Positions 58,451 to 64,000 of a stretch of 64,000 bases of DNA are shown here, one piece after another (position 1 is the first letter of the stretch; each line of letters begins with the position of its first letter). Under the pieces are notes generated by a model. That model was not told the origin of the DNA. It did not search any database and was given only the letters and a program-made list of their open reading frames with translations. Source of the DNA: a virus; IMG/VR virus record IMGVR_UViG_3300036770_008686, positions 1-64,000 of that record. One strand, 5' to 3'. Position numbers and translations under genes: made by a program.

Positions 58451-58803
58451 TGGAGGCGAGGGGAGTCGAACCCCTGTGTTGTGATAATTTTAATATGACC
58501 TCTACAAGTTTATTTTGTTCATAAATTTTGAGAAAGACTAAAGAACAAACAACATTCATCTTTCCGTACCAACAAGTCTTAGTCTAGGACCCGTTGGCTA
58601 TCCTAGAAGCAGAAGGATTTTACGACGATTTTTCGGACGCTACCTTCAATCGCTTCCTAAAATCGTTGCTGCTATTTATTAAGCAGCAAGAGCTAACTGA
58701 TTTGTGCCAGTTAAAGCATTAATCTGGTTTTAAAGTAGCCTCCAGATCAACTACTACTTGCTAGTCACAGTAAATTTTATCCAATCGATACCTTTACGCC
58801 CCC
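58451..58803 (-). ncRNA. ssrA: tmRNA, tag peptide (A)GTNQLALAA
   Basis: GGGGGCG/CGCCTCC acceptor with G3-U70, T arm GGTTCGACTCC, TTAACT before resume codon; tag 58708-58679. Confidence 0.95.
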
Positions 58804-58820
58804 TTTTATTTATAGTTTAA

Positions 58821-59507
58821 TCACTCAAAAATACCAAAGCTTTTGACGATTTCACTCACCTTGGCTTTAGCATCAACAGGATCATCGCTAAAGTGAGGTT
58901 GCATGATAGTAACCTGACTAACCTTCTTAAGAAGATCTTTAATCTGTGTTTTATCAGAAACCTTCTCAAAAACACTGTCAATCGTCTTATTGCTTGCAAC
59001 AACCTTCACAGTTTGCTCAAGCACGTCATTGGGATCAATTCCAGCCTTCTGGAGTGCTTCGGTGATCTTGAAAACCATTTCTTCGTTTTCAAGGACATTC
59101 TTCTTGATGTTAACAGTTTCCTTGTAATCCAAGTCGATGCCTTCTTCTTCAAAAACCTTAATGGTTTTTTCATCAATAGCACTTGTGGCCTTATACTTAA
59201 GAGTAACTTTGGCCATGCTAACTTCACCTTGTGCAACAAAAGTTTCAGGAGCACTTCGGGTATTTACACCAATATCAATAAACTTGTCAAGTAGGTTGTT
59301 TTCCTTAAGTTGAACCTCAATGTTTTTGAGTTCATTCTCAATAATACTACCAGCAGTCTTAAGTGCGGTAACAAGATCAAAAAGATTCTGGTCGCCGGGA
59401 CCAATTTCATCAAACTTGTAACTATCATAGTTCTTACCACCACTCTTAGAAGGCTCAGCCTTCTTTTCATCAAGAACTTTACCAAAAGCACTAGGTTTCT
59501 TAGCCAT
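58821..59507 (-). CDS. Hypothetical, probably highly expressed protein (start reassigned to MAKKP)
   Basis: TTGACA-N16-TACAAT promoter upstream; host-like codon bias. Confidence 0.7.
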   Translation of the reverse strand: MAKKPSAFGKVLDEKKAEPSKSGGKNYDSYKFDEIGPGDQNLFDLVTALKTAGSIIENELKNIEVQLKENNLLDKFIDIGVNTRSAPETFVAQGEVSMAKVTLKYKATSAIDEKTIKVFEEEGIDLDYKETVNIKKNVLENEEMVFKITEALQKAGIDPNDVLEQTVKVVASNKTIDSVFEKVSDKTQIKDLLKKVSQVTIMQPHFSDDPVDAKAKVSEIVKSFGIFE

Positions 59508-59617
59508 TGTATATTTCCTTATTTGAAAAATAGTAAAATCTATAGAACTTGCGTCCGATACGGGAGAGCCGTACCGGACGATGGATTGTAGCGACCTTTT
59601 ATTTTTTGTCAAATAGT

Positions 59618-60262
59618 TTAAAGCATGTGATCAAACCGATATTTTCTATTAGAAAAGTTTATTTCATCTATTGTTTTTTTAACAACAATAATACAATTAT
59701 GAGCAAAAGTAATCGATGATATATTCAAGGTGTTTTTCTTTTTATTAAATTCACAATTTATTTGATCTGGTGTGTTTTTGAAATAATCGATTATATTAAA
59801 GTGGCCTATTTCATATCCATATATAGAAGTTTCTGGTCTCCAGTAGTTGCACTCTATATCTTCTATAATATAGATTCCCCCATACTCTAATATTTTATCA
59901 AAAAACTCTAAAAAAGTTTCTAATTGATGAATAGGATGGTGTGACCCATCATCAATAATAAGTTGGCACTTAGGAATGAGTTTTGTAGCTTTTTTTATTT
60001 GATCTAAATCGCTTTGATCTATTTTATAGATTGTAAAATCATCATTTTTTAATTCAAGATTAATATCAATTCCATATATTTTTGCTTTAGGAAAATACTC
60101 CTTCCACAAAAGAAGCGAACCGCCGGTGTCAATTCCTATCTCTAACAAATTAAAACTACTTTTTCTTAGTGACTCTAAAAAAGTAGGATAAAATCTATCA
60201 TACCTATGATGATAGATTTTATCAGTCAAATTCAAACCTATTTCATAAAAACTTTTTTTCAT
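59618..60262 (-). CDS. Class I SAM methyltransferase (sugar O-methyltransferase-like)
   Basis: LLEIGI..GGSL..W..YFP, GIDI, IIDDGSH, YIIED. Confidence 0.8.
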   Translation of the reverse strand: MKKSFYEIGLNLTDKIYHHRYDRFYPTFLESLRKSSFNLLEIGIDTGGSLLLWKEYFPKAKIYGIDINLELKNDDFTIYKIDQSDLDQIKKATKLIPKCQLIIDDGSHHPIHQLETFLEFFDKILEYGGIYIIEDIECNYWRPETSIYGYEIGHFNIIDYFKNTPDQINCEFNKKKNTLNISSITFAHNCIIVVKKTIDEINFSNRKYRFDHML

Positions 60263-60278
60263 TAAAGCTAATTAGTTT

Positions 60279-61178
60279 TTACTTTCTAACATTTGGATAT
60301 TTTTCTAAAAACCAATCTATAGTTCTTTTTAAGCCTATATTGAGAGGCGTAAAATCATAAGATCCTATTATACTTAATAATTTTTTATTACTGCTGTGTT
60401 TTCTTAATTGACCGTCAGGTGTGTCTTTTTTCCACATTATAGGACCATCATAACACATTAATTTGGCAATCAGATTGGCAGTTTGCTTTATAGAATATTC
60501 ATTAGAACTAGATATTATTACATTGTCTTCTTTAACATTTTTTTCAATTAAAAGATCAACTATATTGGAAACATCAAAAGAATACAAAAACTCTCTTAGT
60601 GGGTCGCCCGACCCCCAAACTTCGAAACACTCTGCCTTTTCTTTAGCTAAATAACATTTATGAATCAAAGAAGGAATAACATGTCCATTTTGTAAATTGA
60701 AGTTATCATTTGGACCATAAATGTTTGTGGGGGTTACACAAAAATAATTTAAACCGTATTGCTTATTATAAGATTTAACTTGAACTTCAACCATTCTTTT
60801 TGCATAAGCATATGCGTAATTGCTTTCATGTGGCGGGCCTAAATGAATTTTATCCTCTGTGAGCGGGTAATCGACTTCATCAGGGAAAATACACGTTGAT
60901 AAAAAACAAACAAGTTTTTTTACTCCCAATTTATAACAAACATCAATAATGTTTGTATTCATTCTTATGTTATCTATAAAAAACTCTGCTGGCCTGTTTA
61001 TGTTTGCACCTAATCCTCCGACCAAGGCAGCGGTGTGTATTACTACATCAGGTTCTTCTTTTTTAATAAGACTATATGTGTCATCATAGTTTCTCAAATC
61101 AAAACTAGAGTCAACTTTTATACCTTCTTTAAAACTAGAACCAACTAAACCAGATCCACCTGTTATTAACTTTCTCAA
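60279..61178 (-). CDS. fcl: GDP-L-fucose synthase
   Basis: ITGGSGLVG, LSTCIFP, YAYAKR, NIYGPNDNF, GHVIPSLI, WGSG.P.REFLY. Confidence 0.92.
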   Translation of the reverse strand: MRKLITGGSGLVGSSFKEGIKVDSSFDLRNYDDTYSLIKKEEPDVVIHTAALVGGLGANINRPAEFFIDNIRMNTNIIDVCYKLGVKKLVCFLSTCIFPDEVDYPLTEDKIHLGPPHESNYAYAYAKRMVEVQVKSYNKQYGLNYFCVTPTNIYGPNDNFNLQNGHVIPSLIHKCYLAKEKAECFEVWGSGDPLREFLYSFDVSNIVDLLIEKNVKEDNVIISSSNEYSIKQTANLIAKLMCYDGPIMWKKDTPDGQLRKHSSNKKLLSIIGSYDFTPLNIGLKRTIDWFLEKYPNVRK

Positions 61179-61308
61179 TTTTTTTCCTTTACAATTTAAT
61201 TTAATTGTATGAAATTTTAAACTTATTGCAAATTTAGATGAAAAACTATTATTGCAATTATTAAAAATAAAAAAAATATAAAAACAAAAATTTCAGTTAA
61301 AGTTCTAT

Positions 61309-61533
61309 TCAAAATTTATCAACCTTAGAAAAATCCTTGATTTTAACCCCTACTATCTCTCCAGTCTCCATGTTTTTATAAACATCAATATAATCATTCA
61401 TGGGTTCACAATAAAAAGAAGAGTCTTTCAAATAAACACTTACTTGGTCCATGGAAGTATTGTGAATAACGTATGGCATAAACTGCTTCCAATCCTTTGT
61501 TTTAGAAAATAAAGCATCTATTTCCTTGCTCAT
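61309..61533 (-). CDS. Hypothetical protein
   Basis: ORF tiling. Confidence 0.55.
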   Translation of the reverse strand: MSKEIDALFSKTKDWKQFMPYVIHNTSMDQVSVYLKDSSFYCEPMNDYIDVYKNMETGEIVGVKIKDFSKVDKF

Positions 61534-62057
61534 AGTAGAAATCTTTCTCTCATAAAAACTATTGTGTTCTTAAAAATATTTGATAGTTGTTCAGACATAT
61601 TGAACCTCTTTTTATTATAGTCTATAGATTCTATTATGTCAATTTTGTTTTCTTTGGAATGTCTTTCATTGGCAGCCACCCAATCAACAAACATTTCCAC
61701 TATATCAAAAAGATTCATTCCATCTATTCCATTTTTATAGTGCTCGGGATGATGCGAATTCCTTGCATAATGATGGTCAAGTGCAGGTTTTAATTTTTTT
61801 AAAAAATCATTATATTCTTCAGTTCCATACTTAGAATTTTTCAAATACGGAGTATATTTATCAAAATAACTTTTCTCCGGTTCTCTTAGTTTTGATGAAT
61901 CGTGATTATTAGACCTCTCTAGCATTTCTATAACGAAAACAGAGAGAAGCGATGCGACTCTTTTTATATGAAGCAAAGTGTCCTTAGAACAGTCGTAAAT
62001 TTGACTGTCATCCTCTTCATCTTGTTGAGGATTTTCTTCCAAACTTATTTTATTCAT
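61530..62057 (-). CDS. HD-like hypothetical protein (DUF5662-like)
   Basis: HI..V..HD.SKL..HHYARNSHHPEH..EM..DW. Confidence 0.75.
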   Translation of the reverse strand: MNKISLEENPQQDEEDDSQIYDCSKDTLLHIKRVASLLSVFVIEMLERSNNHDSSKLREPEKSYFDKYTPYLKNSKYGTEEYNDFLKKLKPALDHHYARNSHHPEHYKNGIDGMNLFDIVEMFVDWVAANERHSKENKIDIIESIDYNKKRFNMSEQLSNIFKNTIVFMRERFLL

Positions 62058-62104
62058 AACTAACCTATAGTATTATATATAACTTTTTTTCAAAAACAAA
62101 TAAC

Positions 62105-62133
62105 AAAAAAACCCCGCTCTTGCGAGCGGGGCT
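62105..62133 (-). terminator. Rho-independent terminator
   Basis: CCCCGCTC-GCAA-GAGCGGGG + T7 on minus. Confidence 0.8.
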
Positions 62134-62219
62134 AAAAAAATCAGCGGATAACAAGCGCAATGTTATCTATCTAAGATCTTCAGGGGCTTGTAAAACCTTA
62201 GAAAAAACACTAATTTTTA

Positions 62220-62783
62220 TTAGTCGTGTTCATAAGTTTCTGTTTTTATTTGATCTTTAAAGACAGTTACTTTAACGTGATCTCCAAACATATTTTCAAA
62301 AGTACTTTTATCCACTACAGACATAATTTCTTCTATGTCTTTTAAAAAATTTAATCTTTTTTCTACTTCTTCAAGATTCAAAGTATTTAACTCTTCAATC
62401 AAATCTTTATTTCTTTTTATTTTCCATTCATTATCTTTTTTGTTTGATTCTAATTTTTTAATCTCTTTTTCAAGATCTTTTATAGACTTTTCTTTGTTAA
62501 GAAGACTCTTATAGGTATTCTCTAATTCATATACATAAACAGACTCTTCCTCTTCGTTTATGTATATCATATCAGAATATACATGGAACTCTGTTGGATC
62601 CCCGTCGTTCCAATACATTGTATATTGTGGCCAAGAAAAGCTTTCAAAGTCTTTATTCTTTTTGAATATTTCTTTGCAACCTTCTTTGAAGAGCTTTTCT
62701 CCGTCTTTTTCTAATTGACTTTGTAATTTACTTATTTTTTTTTGTGTATCTTCAATTTTTTGTTTTAAATTTTTTGTTGACAT
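62220..62783 (-). CDS. Hypothetical coiled-coil phage protein
   Basis: FSW.QYT.YWNDGD motif, FGDHVKVTV. Confidence 0.7.
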   Translation of the reverse strand: MSTKNLKQKIEDTQKKISKLQSQLEKDGEKLFKEGCKEIFKKNKDFESFSWPQYTMYWNDGDPTEFHVYSDMIYINEEEESVYVYELENTYKSLLNKEKSIKDLEKEIKKLESNKKDNEWKIKRNKDLIEELNTLNLEEVEKRLNFLKDIEEIMSVVDKSTFENMFGDHVKVTVFKDQIKTETYEHD

Positions 62784-62882
62784 TTTTTCTCCAAATGAAG
62801 CTGCCCTAGGATTGTATCGACTTTTATTTTTTTAGCAAGATCCAAGACAACTATTAACAATAGATTTGTAGTCAATCTAAAA

Positions 62883-62953
62883 AGGCACCTATCGGAGTCG
62901 AACCGATCTCTACGGATTTGCAATCCGCTGCCTAACCGCTTGGCTAAGGTGCC
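62883..62953 (-). tRNA. tRNA-Cys(GCA)
   Basis: GCGGA-TTGCAAA-TCCGT; U73. Confidence 0.95.
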
Positions 62954-62958
62954 AGAAA

Positions 62959-63363
62959 TCAATCTAGATTCAAAACTTTTTTAATTTTCGTTTTTTCTAT
63001 TTTTTTAAAACTGCTGGGTGTGCTGTCTTTGGAATTATTCATCCAACTTTTTATCTCCATTTCCTGCAGATAATCTTGAGGAGTGGGTATGAATCTCATT
63101 CCAAAGTCTTCAAGAATATGTTGTTCGCCTATATCTCTAACAGAAACTTCCTTGTTATCACTATTTTTAATCACAACGCCAAATATAAGCTCTAGCGGTC
63201 CACCAGCAGATACAAACCAACTATTGTGAGTTAAGGCTCTATGGCGGTTGTCTCCAATTGATCCTTTGCTACTATCCATTAGGTTGTGAATAGGCAAATA
63301 ATCTTCTGGTTTACCACCATATATTCTGGCACTGTTTTTTGCGTGAACCCAAGGCTTGCTCAT
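62959..63363 (-). CDS. DUF6915-like protein
   Basis: P..HA..SA..YGG..EDY..IH..MD.SK..RHRAL.H..EQH..ED. Confidence 0.75.
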   Translation of the reverse strand: MSKPWVHAKNSARIYGGKPEDYLPIHNLMDSSKGSIGDNRHRALTHNSWFVSAGGPLELIFGVVIKNSDNKEVSVRDIGEQHILEDFGMRFIPTPQDYLQEMEIKSWMNNSKDSTPSSFKKIEKTKIKKVLNLD

Positions 63364-63590
63364 AAAATTTGATAATCGTCTTTGTAGGGCAAAATTCCCA
63401 GGATTCTTCCATTATCCCATTTGACGGAAATTTGGTCAAATTTTTTACTTCCATGTATGCTTACATGGGTAATTGTACCCTCTAACCCTACTGGTAAATC
63501 TTCTTCTGGCATCCAGATAGAGTCATCGTTTGTCATCGTTTTTAGTAACTTGATTCTTTTTCCAACTAAAGCATCTTTATAATTATTCAT
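63360..63590 (-). CDS. DUF4314-like protein (start reassigned to MNNYK)
   Basis: G.RI.L..M..D..LP.G..GT...V....QI.V.WD.G..L. Confidence 0.7.
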   Translation of the reverse strand: MNNYKDALVGKRIKLLKTMTNDDSIWMPEEDLPVGLEGTITHVSIHGSKKFDQISVKWDNGRILGILPYKDDYQIL

Positions 63591-63999
63591 TTTCTTTGTC
63601 CCATTCATCAGTTTTAAGGCCTGTCCAAATATCTTTTCCGGCCAAATACCTTTCACGCATAATTTTGGCTCGATTTGTCATTATTTCTTCTTCCATTTTT
63701 TTAACACTCGAGTGTTGTTTGTTTTTAATAATTTCTTCTTTTTTTCTTAAATTTTTTATTTTAGAAACTTCACCATAAGATATTTTTATTTTTAAAGCAG
63801 ATAAGTGATATAAAATTTTATTTTTACTTATACTTATTTGATTTTGTTTATTCCATATATCCAACAATTCATCTGGCGTTTTTCCCTGCCAATTTTTGAT
63901 TAAAAAATCTTTAAATTTTTGAAGATTTTTCTTGTCAAACTTTTTTTGTTCTGTTTTCTTTGTTAATCCAAGACTTTGTAATTTTTTTTGTATAGCATT
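63583..63999 (-). CDS. Partial hypothetical protein (5' end beyond window)
   Basis: Frame open from window edge to stop at 63583. Confidence 0.6.
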   Translation of the reverse strand, partial: NAIQKKLQSLGLTKKTEQKKFDKKNLQKFKDFLIKNWQGKTPDELLDIWNKQNQISISKNKILYHLSALKIKISYGEVSKIKNLRKKEEIIKNKQHSSVKKMEEEIMTNRAKIMRERYLAGKDIWTGLKTDEWDKENE

Positions 64000-64000
64000 T

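Noticed and set aside
58434-58559. N-terminal extension of ORF 58176..58559
   Set aside because: It overlaps the tmRNA 3' domain; a better start with RBS is at 58433.
58893-59591. Overlapping alternative-frame and antisense ORFs (also 45948-46389, 53148-53616)
   Set aside because: Shadow ORFs expected from codon-biased, GC-richer genes; no RBS or recognisable motifs.
61180-61300. AT-rich gap as replication origin
   Set aside because: No iterons or DnaA-box array seen; AT-richness alone is uninformative in this genome.

Overview
This is a 64-kb AT-rich, densely packed fragment of a large (jumbo, T4-like myovirus-style) bacteriophage genome, almost all on the minus strand, with no integrase, capsid or polymerase genes recognised. 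It is an accessory and metabolic region. It holds 8 tRNA genes (one with a group I intron, one atypical UAU), a tmRNA, TilS next to its substrate tRNA-Ile(CAU), a CCA-adding enzyme, Pth2, an RNA ligase and two ATP-dependent DNA ligases. It also holds two AAA+/vWA pairs, three intact HNH endonucleases plus an HNH remnant, calpain, an M14 peptidase, MscL, a kinase-like protein, GDP-fucose synthase, methyl/sulfo/acetyl-transferases and many small hypothetical ORFs. A Planctomycete-type LExRxLL leader on the calpain suggests a Planctomycetota host (inference). The most notable unexplained signals are: (1) a GGTACG motif at about 12 intergenic sites, heading three paralogous HTH genes among others; (2) two tandem, ORF-less promoter-terminator sRNA units on the plus strand; (3) a candidate -1 frameshift joining ORFs 28468-28854 and 27197-28324; (4) a shared FxxWLxxE N-terminal motif that may route enzymes (CCA enzyme, kinase) into the capsid; (5) a broad tRNA/translation-rescue arsenal. 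All family assignments are by motif recognition by eye, not database searches.
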